A DNA stretch of 63,610 nucleotides, the filler included, from Octopus bimaculoides (Eukaryota), in the NCBI RefSeq assembly GCF_001194135.2. It is 5 parts of 5 records of this genome, joined end to end, with 100 filler letters (N's around TTAATTAATTAA, not from the genome) between each part and the next. Parts side by side here need not be neighbours in the genome. Positions count along the whole stretch, not along the records: positions 1 to 16,666 come from NC_068983.1; 4 more parts are not named here. One strand, 5' to 3'. The notes under the pieces are model-generated. The model saw nothing but the letters and a program-made list of their open reading frames with translations. It was not told the origin of the DNA and did not search any database. The position numbers and the translations under genes are program-made. This document shows positions 1 to 12,158 of the stretch, one piece after another (the first letter of the stretch is position 1; the number at the start of each line of letters is the position of its first letter).

Positions 1-121
1 ATATATATATATATATATATATATATACACGTACACAAATGATGCAGTGGATATATAATTGTTACAGAAGACAATAAACATTAAGGCAAGGCAAACATCT
101 CAAGCGGTATACAATATCATG

Positions 122-259
122 ATTGGAAAAAATTCGAAGTCTTACAGCTGTTTCTGGGATATCCTCGAGTATCCCTATCCCAATTTATCTCTGATGACGG
201 AATATCCCATACTCGACGATATCCCAGAAACAGGTGTAAGACTTTGAATTTTTTCCAAT
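122..259 (+). ncRNA. Fold-back element containing a type I hammerhead ribozyme motif (Penelope-associated type)
   Basis: Inverted arms 122-172 and 209-259. Core TCT-CTGATGA(191-197)...GAAAC-AGGT-GTA-AGA. The antisense arm carries the palindromic version GAAAC-AGCT-GTA. Confidence 0.65.
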
Positions 260-1154
260 AATAATATTGTATAGGACTTGAGATGTTTCCCTTGCCTTAA
301 TGTTTGTTGTCCTCTTAAACAATTATATATATATATATGAGCTTCTTAACCACCCACCCATGCCTCGTATAGATATTGGTTTCAAATTTTGGCACAAGGC
401 CACCCGCATTTATATATTAATTGTTAGAAAACAAGAAGGGATTGTTATGGGTGGAACACTTTTTATTATAGGTCTGACATAAGGCTAAACTACAAACATA
501 AAATTCAATAGAAAGTAAAGTTTCACTTACAAGAGATATACATTTCTGATCGGCTGTTTTAGACACTGACTTGTTTGGTTGGTTTTTATGAAGTTGGACG
601 TTGCTAATGCTTTGTGCATTCTTAAAGCAAGTGATCTGGGCGTGCCTCACCAATAAAAGATAACATTGATATTCCGGAATCGTTTTGAACTTCAGTGTTT
701 GAAAATCATATAAAATAAAGAGGTGGTTTTAGATTAACGCTTATTTAGCTTCTCTGGTACCATTCATATGTTTATTGTATGCAGGGATACTATAAGTACG
801 TGTATTATATGCATACATACAATATATATCATGCAGGCATACATACATACATACATACATACATACATACATACATACATACATACATACATACATACAT
901 ACAAAGGTGCGTTCGTTCATACATAAATATATCCGGGGTGACAAAAGAAATTTGTATTTATAAATATATACATGCAAATATAAATAAAAACATACGTACA
1001 AACACACACATGTATACATACATGAATGTATATATACATACGTACATACGTACATAGATATGTCCATACACCATAACTACTTATATACCAACATATACAT
1101 TCATACCGATGTACAAACAACATACGTAGTTGCTTTCATATATACATACATATA

Positions 1155-1186
<32 letters not shown>

Positions 1187-1199
1187 AACATACATAACA

Positions 1200-1640
1200 C
1201 ACTGCCCAAATACCAATCTTGAGAAATTAAGATACTCAAAACCAGAAAGGAGAAAACTAATTCGAAGACTACAGATCTAATCCATCACTGGAACTGTAAA
1301 AATTTACAAAACTTTCCACAAGTTTATCATTTAAATATATATGAGCATGTCTAGATATGTAATTATATGCATGGGAATGCATACATTAGGCAAAACATAC
1401 AACTCTGCACACACACATACATACATACATACATACATACATACATACATACATACATACATACATACATTCATACATACATACATACGTACGTACGAAC
1501 AAAAATACCTTGTTGTTGATGTTGAAATTCCAATGAAGGAGCCTTGGATCTAGGTTAGAAACGCGCTCTCTCTCTATTGGCAAGAAATCTTGAAATAAAA
1601 CTGAAATCTTGTAATAAAAATCTTGAAATAAAACTGAACA
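1200..1640 (+). mobile_element. R4/Dong-type RLE LINE, 5'-truncated: ORF C-terminus plus 3' UTR
   Basis: NLEKLRYSKPERRKLIRRLQI*SITGTVKIYKTF, then a UTR with internal (CATA)n, the conserved ccaatgaaggagcc...gaaac motif and AATAAA. Confidence 0.7.
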
Positions 1641-1937
1641 ATGACCTACCTACCTACCTACCTACCTACCTACCTACCTACTTACATACATACATACAAC
1701 GAATATACAGACATGCATTGGTGTATCGTAAATATTGGCCGCCCTGTGTGGTTCGCACTCCTCATGGTACGCTACAGCGCACACAAACATATATGTATAT
1801 AAATCAAAATGGATTCACACGTGCAATATCATCCACACTTGCACATATTAATATGTCTACATGCACGTATACATACACAAATATGTACAGGCAAACATGT
1901 GTATATGCGTACGCACATACATACATACATACATACA

Positions 1938-1971
<34 letters not shown>

Positions 1972-2280
1972 CATACATGCATACATACATACACGATAAC
2001 CCAATAAAAAGGTTTCTGGGACAGAAACCAGCTTTTTTGTGATTGGAATGAAATTTGTATAATAAAACTAAATAATACATACATATGTACTTACGTATGT
2101 ACCAATCTACCAAGCAAGCTACCTACCTACCTACCTACCTACCTACCTACCTACCTACTTACCTACCTACCTACCTACCTACCTACTTATATGCATTCTT
2201 GCATGCATGCATGCATGCATACATAATACATACATACATACATGCATGCATACATACATACATACATACATACATACATA

Positions 2281-2641
2281 CAAGATCAAAAAGGAGAATA
2301 ACTACGGACGGTTGCTTCGAAACCTCTAGCTTCTATATCCAGATTATAAATTCACATTTATACCAATAATAACTGGTGCACTTGGTTTTGTGAGTAAATG
2401 CATAACTGACAATCTCAATTAGCTAAGGATTTCAGAAAAAGAAACCAACCAGCTAATTCGCACACTACAAAATCAATCTGTAAGTGGGACAGTAAAAATA
2501 TGCAAGACTTTCCTCAAGTTTAAAATGTGGCACAGTCTTTGTTACCTCTATTCCAACGATGAAGCTTTGTATCTTTGTTAGAAACCAGCTCCTACCCCAG
2601 AGGAAGAATTTTAATAATCTATAACAGAAGAGAACATACAT
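2281..2641 (+). mobile_element. R4/Dong-type LINE 3' fragment (second 3' UTR subfamily)
   Basis: Starts directly after (CATA)n. Degraded RLE end matches 25590-26000 and 62620-63060. Ends agaagagaa-catacatac. Confidence 0.6.
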
Positions 2642-2649
2642 ACCTATAT

Positions 2650-4095
2650 GTAAAGATAAAGTGATCCGAGAATATTATAAAAGACTAGGAAAAATATGGC
2701 TGTCGAAATTCTCTCTTCTAATAAGACAAAATCCCACAAATGTTGGAAAGCAGTGCTGATTACAATACTTGGGATATTTCACTAGTCTACAGAGGAAATC
2801 TATTCCCTAGACATTATAACCCGCAAGATTCTGATATCACCTGGAAACTTTCACAGAAACAGTGATATCAACAGGCTCTACCAAGTAGAGGTGGAGGAGG
2901 TAGAAGCTTGAGATCAGTGCAGACTGTTCTCGAATGTTCTTTCAGACAATATCTGCTAAACAACATCAGAAAAAATAAATACATGAATTTAGTGCTGAAA
3001 ATCAAAGAGAACACCATTAGCAGTAAGCTCCCCAGGAGGTACTCTCTTCTTGATGATCTCTCATATAATCCTCAAATCAGCCGAACTAACATACTTCAAA
3101 AACTGGATGTGAAACGCTCAGCATACCAAAAAAAAAAAAGACTATCCATGGGCATGTTTCGCGAAGTCTTGAAGCATACAGGAATAGCGACGTGAAGTGC
3201 CGCCTCTCTTGGATTCGTGGCTGCTACATCACTTTACACTTCGATGGCTACGCATTTGAAATTTAAGAACACGCGATTGCTTCGAAACAGCGAGTAAACA
3301 AGAAAGACAATGAAACTATTGGAACCCCAAGATGCAAATGAAACTGTAGGTTATATCATATTTCTGTGAAAGACATCAGACATGTGATTAGCAGCTGCCC
3401 AAAAATATCACCAAGGTACTACCTCCCTATGCGACATGAAGTTGTCGCCAAAACAATATACAATGCCATTCGGGGGAAAAAAAGGCTGTCCAAGAATATA
3501 TATACAAATATCACAGCATGTATATTGTGGAACATTCTCATCAAAACTTCTGTCAAGTGTAAACATAATAGCCCGGGTTTTGTTGTATGGGACAGACAAA
3601 AATGTATGTACCGTCGTAGAGATCAGGTGTGTTGCTGATATGAATACCTCTACGAAAATCATAAAGCGGATAAGTACGGACGACTGCAAGCAGGGTTAGC
3701 TGTGGTTTTCTGGAATGGAAATCAGCTCCGTAACATGCACGTACCATAATACAATCTGTATGTGGAAGAGTAAAAATAAACTAGACTTTTCTCAAGTTTA
3801 AAATGTGACATTGGTTTTGTTACCAGCATTCCAACTACAGTTGGAAACCAGCTCGTTCCTCAGATTTCAAGTAATTACATACATACATACATACATACAT
3901 AAAACAAAACATACAAATCTGCACATACACATACATACATACATACATACATACATTACATATATACATACATACATACATACATACATACAAAAATACC
4001 CTGTTGATGTTGAAATTCTAATGAAGGAGCCTTGGATCTAGGTTAGAAACCGGTTCTTTCTCTATTGGTAAGAAATTTTGAAATAAAACTGAATA
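2650..4095 (+). mobile_element. R4/Dong-type LINE, degraded RT C-terminus, zinc knuckle, RLE and 3' UTR
   Basis: Frames give KVIREYYKRL, RHVISSCPKISPRYYLPMRHEVVAKTIY, LIKTSVKCKHNSPGFVVWDRQ and TVVEIRCVAD; many stops and frameshifts. Confidence 0.8.
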
Positions 4096-4505
4096 GCATT
4101 CACAGACACACACACACACGCACACATACATACATACATACATACATACATACAACTACACGGCGTGGACAACTATTCATCGAAGCTTTAGTTTTATGCC
4201 TACCACCTCCTGCTACCAAATCACAGTTATCAGTCTTGTTATTCTTTTGATCACGCTCACCAGAGAAGTGCTTTATTCAAAATCCTTTCGACGTTTGTTT
4301 CAAATTTGAACTCATTATGCGGGTAATCTATACAAACAGCATGACTGGACACTACATCAACAGCATTGACGACGAACCCAACAAAGGCGGCATTAGAAGA
4401 GATAAACCAAATCTTTTTAGTCATAAAAGGAGATGAAATTATAAAATATATTTAACTTCTAGTTCTGAATTCAATACAGACTTGTATAACAGCTACAAAA
4501 CGGCA

Positions 4506-4607
<102 letters not shown>

Positions 4608-6078
4608 GTACAGATAACCGTTTTGCTGGACAATCCATGGTCACGTAATAATTCTTCAACAAGTCTATAACCTACTAATTTAATTATACATCTCGCATGC
4701 ATTTTAAGTACCAAAAAGAGGTAAGTGCGCGCGTGCGGACGATTAACATATATCGGTGTTTATGTTTGACGCTACCATTGACACTCTAAGTTCTCTTACC
4801 TGTGGTGGTCATGGCTAAGGGCAACTTTAAGCTATTTTGCTTTAAGTTATCCTTAGCCATGCACAAGCAGAGGATCTCTCAAAATCTGACTATCACCACT
4901 AACAAGCGCAGTTTAATTATTGTAAGTAAATACAATGTACACACAACGCCCGTCACCACCTGTAGTCGAGAATTGAACTAGACTGGTGGCCATTGTAATT
5001 TCCAGTTCTCCCTTGTAATTTATCTGAAGTAAATGAGGTTCCCGACCATCAGTAGCTGGAAAATCGGTGGTGTACTTGTATGTGTATATATATACATATA
5101 TTATTAATTTTTCTATATGTGATAGTGGATTTTCATCGATGAGTTCTTGAAACTTGGTTATTTTCCCTAAAACTATATATTTTATATATATTTTATCTAT
5201 AAAGCTCAATTTAATTTTAATTTTTTATAAATTGATTTTAATTGAGTTTTTACCTGTAATTTTGGATTTTGTCCCTAATATTATTATTATTANNNNNNNN
5301 NNNNNNNNNNNNNNNNNNNNNNNNNNNNNNNNNNNNNNNNNNNNNNNNNNNNNNNNNNNNNNNNNNNNNNNNNNNNNNNNNNNNNNNNNNNNNNNNNNNN
5401 NNNNNNNNNNNNNNNNNNNNNNNNNNNNNNNNNNNNNNNNNNNNNNNNNNNNNNNNNNNNNNNNNNNNNNNNNNNNNNNNNNNNNNNNNNNNNNNNNNNN
5501 NNNNNNNNNNNNNNNNNNNNNNNNNNNNNNNNNNNNNNNNNNNNNNNNNNNNNNNNNNNNNNNNNNNNNNNNNNNNNNNNNNNNNNNNNNNNNNNNNNNN
5601 NNNNNNNNNNNNNNNNNNNNNNNNNNNNNNNNNNNNNNNNNNNNNNNNNNNNNNNNNNNNNNNNNNNNNNNNNNNNNNNNNNNNNNNNNNNNNNNNNNNN
5701 NNNNNNNNNNNNNNNNNNNNNNNNNNNNNNNNNNNNNNNNNNNNNNNNNNNNNNNNNNNNNNNNNNNNNNNNNNNNNNNNNNNNNNNNNNNNNNNNNNNN
5801 NNNNNNNNNNNNNNNNNNNNNNNNNNNNNNNNNNNNNNNNNNNNNNNNNNNNNNNNNNNNNNNNNNNNNNNNNNNNNNNNNNNNNNNNNNNNNNNNNNNN
5901 NNNNNNNNNNNNNNNNNNNNNNNNNNNNNNNNNNNNNNNNNNNNNNNNNNNNNNNNNNNNNNNNNNNNNNNNNNNNNNNNNNNNNNNNNNNNNNNNNNNN
6001 NNNNNNNNNNNNNNNNNNNNNNNNNNNNNNNNNNNNNNNNNNNNNNNNNNNNNNNNNNNNNNNNNNNNNNNNNNNNNN

Positions 6079-6125
<47 letters not shown>

Positions 6126-6239
6126 CCTTGTGTTGATTATATGAATGGAGTGGAAAAATATTGGGTTAAAGTTCACTGTGACCAGAATTTTCACAGTAAA
6201 CAACTATCAAATAAACAAAATAAAAAGGATTGAAAGGTG

Positions 6240-6740
6240 ATAATACTAAAAAATAACAATACTCGAACTATATACTGCATCAAATAGAGCACAACACGCT
6301 TATATTAACTATGACACCACGTGAGATATCAGTCACTAAACCAGTTCGCAATAGTGTGTTAAATGCGACAGGAGTGAAGAATATGTCTTGCAACCAGCTC
6401 GCACATGCAAGTGCTACCAGTCGAGAACTCCGCATACCAGAAGCCAGCAAGTGTATGGGGTCATCAGGAGAGAATGCGCGCCGTTTCGAGGCCTACCTCT
6501 CGACGGCATCAATGCGCACCGGCCCCCCTCACTGATATGAGGCCCCGCTTGCTAGATCAACTTGTTATTAAAACAAAGCTCAATATTTCTCTAGCCATCG
6601 CTCATCGTCTCTTTTTATACAAATCCAGTGGCTAGCCTTCTCCACTGTATTTTGGATATCGGTCATGGTGGTATTTACCTTACGATGAGTTAGGCCTAAC
6701 AATAACAGCAGTCGTCTCACACTGTGTCCTAGATAGTTGA
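6240..6740 (+). mobile_element. Penelope-like element remnant (GIY-YIG tail and pLTR)
   Basis: Degraded TIYCIK.STTRLY resembling the IYCIxC..C...YIG motif, a GC-rich tail, and a degenerate hammerhead (CGATGA-GTTAGGCCTAAC...AC-AGCA-GTC) near 6683-6716. Confidence 0.45.
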
Positions 6741-7268
6741 AAGGCATTCTCTAGACTTTCCTAAAATTACGGCTGCGAGATAGACTTTATTACAATATCA
6801 TAAGAGATCCACAGAGCTCATGTTGACGATGATATAAATATATTAATGTTTACAAGAAAGTAATGAATCATTATTTGTGGTAAATACACACTTGTTTATA
6901 TTTCCTTATATTTTCCTGTTACGCAGAATCTTGAAGATATGAAGGGAGTCAACACACGCAGACTAATCCATACAATTTATTTGAAAACTGGTGAAAAAGA
7001 TCGTTGACCCAAGGAAGATCGTCAACTATATGTTGATACTTATCGAATGTAAACGAAGAAATAGCTGCAAGTTTCACCAACAAAAATTGAAAAATAATAT
7101 AGAAAGAGAAGGAAAATATAAAAGAACTCTTGAATATAGATTAATCACTTCCAGACAGAATTAAAAGTTGACAGTGAGAAATTCTATTGCCAGATGAATG
7201 TAGCCAAAAGAAAAATACTTAACAAGATTTCGTTTTCTTCAGAGAGAGAGATAAGTGGACAGTAGCCA

Positions 7269-7301
<33 letters not shown>

Positions 7302-7339
7302 GATAATAATAATAATAATAATAATCACAGAAACTATTT

Positions 7340-7640
7340 CTCAAGAGAATAGGGATTCATTCTGGTTAAATATTGGAACGAGGGAAAGATATAGCATGGC
7401 TAAGAGAAATTAGAAAGAAGCATTGTTTTTTGATTGCATAAGAAGAATACAGTATTAATTGGAATATGTTTGAGAGTTTAACAGAAAAGTTTAGAAAGGG
7501 AAAGAACCACGAAGTGATTGGTTGTTGGCTTATGGCACAAAATAAAATTGACTTTTTTTTATCGGTGATTGCGTACCTATCTCTACAAACTAGTCCTAAG
7601 TGGTGATACCAATATACCAAACTGACTGGCACTAGCTAAT
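7340..7640 (+). mobile_element. R4/Dong-type LINE internal fragment
   Basis: FWLNIG...IAWLREIRK and ...GKNHEVIGCWL resemble the pre-RT region FWSNIW...AEWL...KAPGPDG..GYWLK; degraded. Confidence 0.45.
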
Positions 7641-7689
7641 AATATACCAAACAAAACATACCAATTCCAGTCTGGTGGAAACAATTCTC

Positions 7690-8011
7690 ATAGTGAAGAG
7701 CTACCAAATGAATTGCAACCGAGAATCTAATGTTCTAATAGCAACGTGAACTACGAACTTTCTAAGCGACGGAAAAAAAATTATGAAGGAAAGCAAATCA
7801 ACTTAATAAGGCGTGACATTAAGAAAAACCAAGGATCAGTATTGGGAACACTCCTGTTTAAAAACTTTGTAAACATAGACGCAGGTGCGGCTGTGTGGTA
7901 AGAAGCTTGTTTCCGGGTTCAGTTCCTTGGACAAGTATCTTCTACTATTGCCTCGAGCCGACTTAAGCTTTGTGAGTGGATTTGGTAGACAAAACTAAAA
8001 GAGACCCGTCG

Positions 8012-8080
<69 letters not shown>

Positions 8081-8850
8081 GTCCCACCATCGCTTGACAA
8101 CTTATGTTGGTGTGTTTACATCCCTGTAACTTAGCGGTTCGACAAAAGATCGATATAATAAGTACTAGGCTTACAAAGAATAAGTCCTGAGGTCGATTTG
8201 TTCGACTAAAGGCGGTGCTCCAGCATGACCGCAGTCAAATGATTGAAACAAGTAAAGGAATTTTAAAAAAGAATATATTAAAGACTTGTCACATATGTAT
8301 ATAATTTGAAGATGATATCAAGATTTTCGTCATCATATGTAAAGAGGAAGATACTACGAAACGGCAAAAATATCTCCGGAAAATGGTAAACTGGAATAAA
8401 ATATGGCTGTTACCTTACATTCGGAGAAATGAAAACAGTTTCATATAGGAAAAGAGATAGAATGAAAAGTGACTTGAACTGTGCCCAATTGTATTTCTGA
8501 AGGCGAATGAAATAAATTTGATAATAATCGATAAAAAAGAAAACTTTGATATCTCTAGAGAAGTCGAGCACTCGTTCCTCAAAATTATGGATGAAATTCA
8601 CAAAAAGCCAGAGCTGTTATGTTAGAAATATATAAAATGATAAATAGACATTGTGAAGAGTATTTACCTAACTCTATCCTCCTTTGTAATGATAACATAG
8701 ATCGAGAAGACACGGCAAAAACTATACTTGAGATCCCAAATATTAATAAGAGGAAGGAGATATTTAGCTTAAGAACAGTATTAATTTTGAATAAATTAAT
8801 AGGAGTGATTAATAGGAGTGGTAACACCTGAAGACATTGAAATATTTTAA
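7690..8850 (+). mobile_element. CR1-like LINE RT 3' remnant, split by a SINE
   Basis: QGSVLGTLLFKNFVN before the SINE; DDIKIF and MLEIYKMIN after it. Confidence 0.65.
7881..8257 (+). mobile_element. tRNA-derived SINE family A
   Basis: Head ggctgtgtggtaag..., body gtgagtggatttggtagac with internal (TA)n(TG)n, tail gactaaaggcggtgctccagcatg...gaaacaagtaaa. Confidence 0.85.
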
Positions 8851-9094
8851 TAAATCAGACAACGACTGACATTAATTAGAAATAAATATGTTAATTTTAA
8901 AGCGGATGCAGTTTGGTACAGACTTTAATCAAAACCATAATGGAAGTCCTTTGGCAACTTGGTTTTATCATATGTCACCGTCCTGAATTTAAATACAGTA
9001 ATTGCATTGTCTCTGTCAAGATAGAATATTGTGAGAATATATTTCAAAGAAACAGTCTGTTTATGTCGGCAGTAAGCCCTTTATCTTATCTTTC

Positions 9095-9494
9095 TTTTAT
9101 CGTTTATTTATTACATGTTTCTGACATTGGACTGCGGTCATGCTGGGGCACCGCTTTCAAGGATTTTAGTCGAACAAATTGACCGCAGTATGTTTTTTTT
9201 AAAAGTCTGTTATATTTTCTGTCGGTCTCTTTTACCTAACCGCTAAGTAACAGAGACGTAAATAAACCAACTCCGAGCGTCAAGGGGTGTGCGCAAACAC
9301 AGACATAAAGACGCACACACATACACACATAGAAAGTGGCTTCCACACAGTTTCTGTCTACCAAATTCACTCGCAAGATATTGTTAAGCTCGGAGCTATA
9401 GTAGGAAACATTTACCCAAGGTGCCGCACAATGGGCCTGAACCCGAAACCACGTGGCTGCAAAGCGATCTTCTTAACTACACAGCCGTGCCTGC
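9095..9494 (-). mobile_element. SINE family A (diverged)
   Basis: Reverse complement of the family A head, body and tail. Confidence 0.75.
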
Positions 9495-9699
9495 TGTTGA
9501 AGACATCTGAAGGGGTGTATAATTGTTTCCCGTTAACCTGCTATATAACATTCAGTGGACAATTTGAAGGAATATGCCAAAAATTAAGAACGATATAAAG
9601 AAGAACGTTTCCTTGGTTACGGCATTTGGACTTTTGCCAAGATGAATGTTTCTGTCTGATTGAAAAAGAAGGAAAAACAACCAACCAGTCAATCAATGA

Positions 9700-9935
9700 C
9701 CAGACTATCTCTTCGATATTCGATGAGGAACGATACAAGAAAATAAGGAGATTCAGCGTATGACGAGGCTGGCCCTTTGAGCTAAAAGTACAATTCATTT
9801 TTGCCAGCTGAGTGGACAGGAGCAACGTGAAATAAAGTTTCTTGCTCAAGGATACAACGTGCCGCCAGGAATCGAACTCACGATCATATGATCGTGAACC
9901 GAATACCCCTAACCACTAAGCTACACACCTTCACT
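9700..9935 (-). mobile_element. tRNA-derived SINE (another family)
   Basis: Minus-strand head gtgaaggtgtgtagcttagtggttagg...gtgagttcgattcc with A and B boxes; related copy near 26040-26360. Confidence 0.65.
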
Positions 9936-10469
9936 CTTATGATAGGATCAATAGCATAAGCAATAAGCAGTTATCCGAAATTGCCATCAAGGTTCTACGG
10001 ACCTATGAAGCACGGCGTAGCCAGAGTGTTCCGTCCAGGGCAGCCCTTCACTTTGCTGCACTTGGTCCCTTACTCCCTACACTGTTCCTTCCCCAGTATT
10101 CTTTCGATACAATGAAAAAAACAATATCATGGTGTGGAGAAGGGGAAACACACACACACACACACACTCACGCGCGCGCACGCACACACACACACACGTT
10201 AAGGGGCTTTCACACATAGTTTCTGTCTACCAAATTCACTCGCAAAGCATTAGTCGGTCCGGGGTTACAGTTGAAGACAGTTGCCCAAGGTGTGAAATGA
10301 GATTGAACCCAAAGCCATGGGGTTGCGAAGCGAGCTCCTTAACTACACAGCTATGACTGCTGTTGAAGAAATTTGATGAGTGTACAATTATTTCACATTA
10401 ATCTGTGGTAAACTGATCCCATTGCTGTACCCCTGGCTACGCTACTGATGAATCATGACATATGCCAAC

Positions 10470-11375
10470 ACTCTTTGCAGTGCAATTCGTTGAACAAATA
10501 GTCCTAAAAATCGATACCTGATTTATAGTCATATAGAAGGCTCATTTACCATTAATATAAAAGAATAGTAGCAGAATATTCCTGTCGAACCTCTGTAAAA
10601 TATAAGCACAGCAGACAGATATAAAGATCTGGGACAGAGAAAAGAAACTGAGCGCATTAGTAGGAATCAGTTATCTCAATAAAAAGAAAGAATTCATGGT
10701 GAATTAATGAGAAATCTTCAGATACTACACCAAGTCTATAACTTCAAATTAATACTTGTGATTATGCAGTAATTGGTTATGTAAATAACTGCCTCCTCAG
10801 AACTAATCTTCAGATGCTGGGTTTCACAAAACCAGAAACGACACGGCTAATTAGATAAGTACAATTACAAGTCATTAACGGAAGTGTAAAATGTAGAACA
10901 TTGCACGAGTTTAGCATGTAGGGTGTTTAGCATGTATAGTGTGTATAAATACACAGATATAGACATCCGAATATGTGTATGTTTACATGTGTGTGTGTGT
11001 GAGTGTGTACGTGTTGTGAGTGTGTGCGTGTTGTGAGTGTGTATGTTTCTATGTATGTAATGTGTGCATCTCTACACATACACATGTTAAACGGATTCAC
11101 GCATTCATGACATGCATGCGGCAGATGTACATATACAGACGTACGTATGTGTACGTCGATACATACACACACACGCACACGAACACGTGTATATACATCA
11201 TACATATATACATACATACATACACACATACATACATGCATACATACTTGCGTAAATAACTACGCAGCTGATGTTACCTAATTTCCAATGAAGAAGTCTT
11301 GTTTCTGTGTTGGAGACTGGTTCCGTCTCTATCAGAGTGAGATTTGAAAAGGAAAACCAAGAGAACACACACACA
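10470..11375 (+). mobile_element. R4/Dong-type LINE RLE fragment and 3' UTR
   Basis: ELMRNLQILHQVYNFK...LQMLGFTKPETTRLIR, a microsatellite-rich UTR, then the ttccaatgaagaag...gagactggttc motif. Confidence 0.6.
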
Positions 11376-11624
11376 CACACACGTACGCACGCGCTCACAT
11401 ACATATGGTTCATTCATAAGTTAAGATAACGTAACTCAGTAATCTATGAACAAACTCGTTTTCTTTTTCCTGTTTGTACCCTGATCTTTCTTACTCTGAC
11501 GGGCAGTGAATGGAAACCGAGACTATAACACACAAGCTCCCTTGGTATTTTCTCCTCTGATGTATAAGAATGCACATAAAGGTCTAAATAATGGTTATAT
11601 GTCATCCAATTTAAATTTAAATCG

Positions 11625-11867
11625 CACTGACTGGCTATGTGGTAAGTAGCTTGCTTACCAACCACATGGTTCTGGGTTCAGTCCCACTGCGTGGCACCTC
11701 GAGCCGACCAAAGCCTTGTGAGTGGATTTGGTAGACAGAAATTGAAAGAAGCCCGTCGTGTATATATATGTATATATNNNNNNNNNNNNNNNNNNNNNNN
11801 NNNNNNNNNNNNNNNNNNNNNNNNNNNNNNNNNNNNNNNNNNNNNNNNNNNNNNNNNNNNNNNNNNN

Positions 11868-11940
<73 letters not shown>

Positions 11941-12158
11941 TTGTGTGTCTGTGTTTGTCCCCCCCCCAACATCGCTTGACAACCGATGTTGGTGTGTTTA
12001 CGTCCCCGTAACTTAGTGGTTCGGCATAAGAGACCGATAGAATAAGTACTAGGCTTCCAAAGAATAAGTCCTGGGGCCAATTTGTTCGACAAAAGGTGGT
12101 GCTCCAGCATGGCCGCAGCCAAATGACTGAAACAAGTAAAAGAGTAAAAGAGCAAAAG
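11625..12158 (+). mobile_element. SINE family A (N gap in the internal microsatellite)
   Basis: Family A head and tail ending in (AAAAGAGT)n. Confidence 0.85.

Noticed and set aside
741-2369. Many ORFs such as [16 protein letters not shown] and TYLPTYLP
   Set aside because: Translations of (CATA)n and (CCTA)n microsatellites; the same applies to similar ORFs throughout the window.
5154-6233. Long ORFs of 200-390 aa spanning X runs (also at 20.6, 22.5, 30.4, 32.1, 42.7, 51.5 and 58.6 kb)
   Set aside because: Open only because N gaps contain no stop codons.
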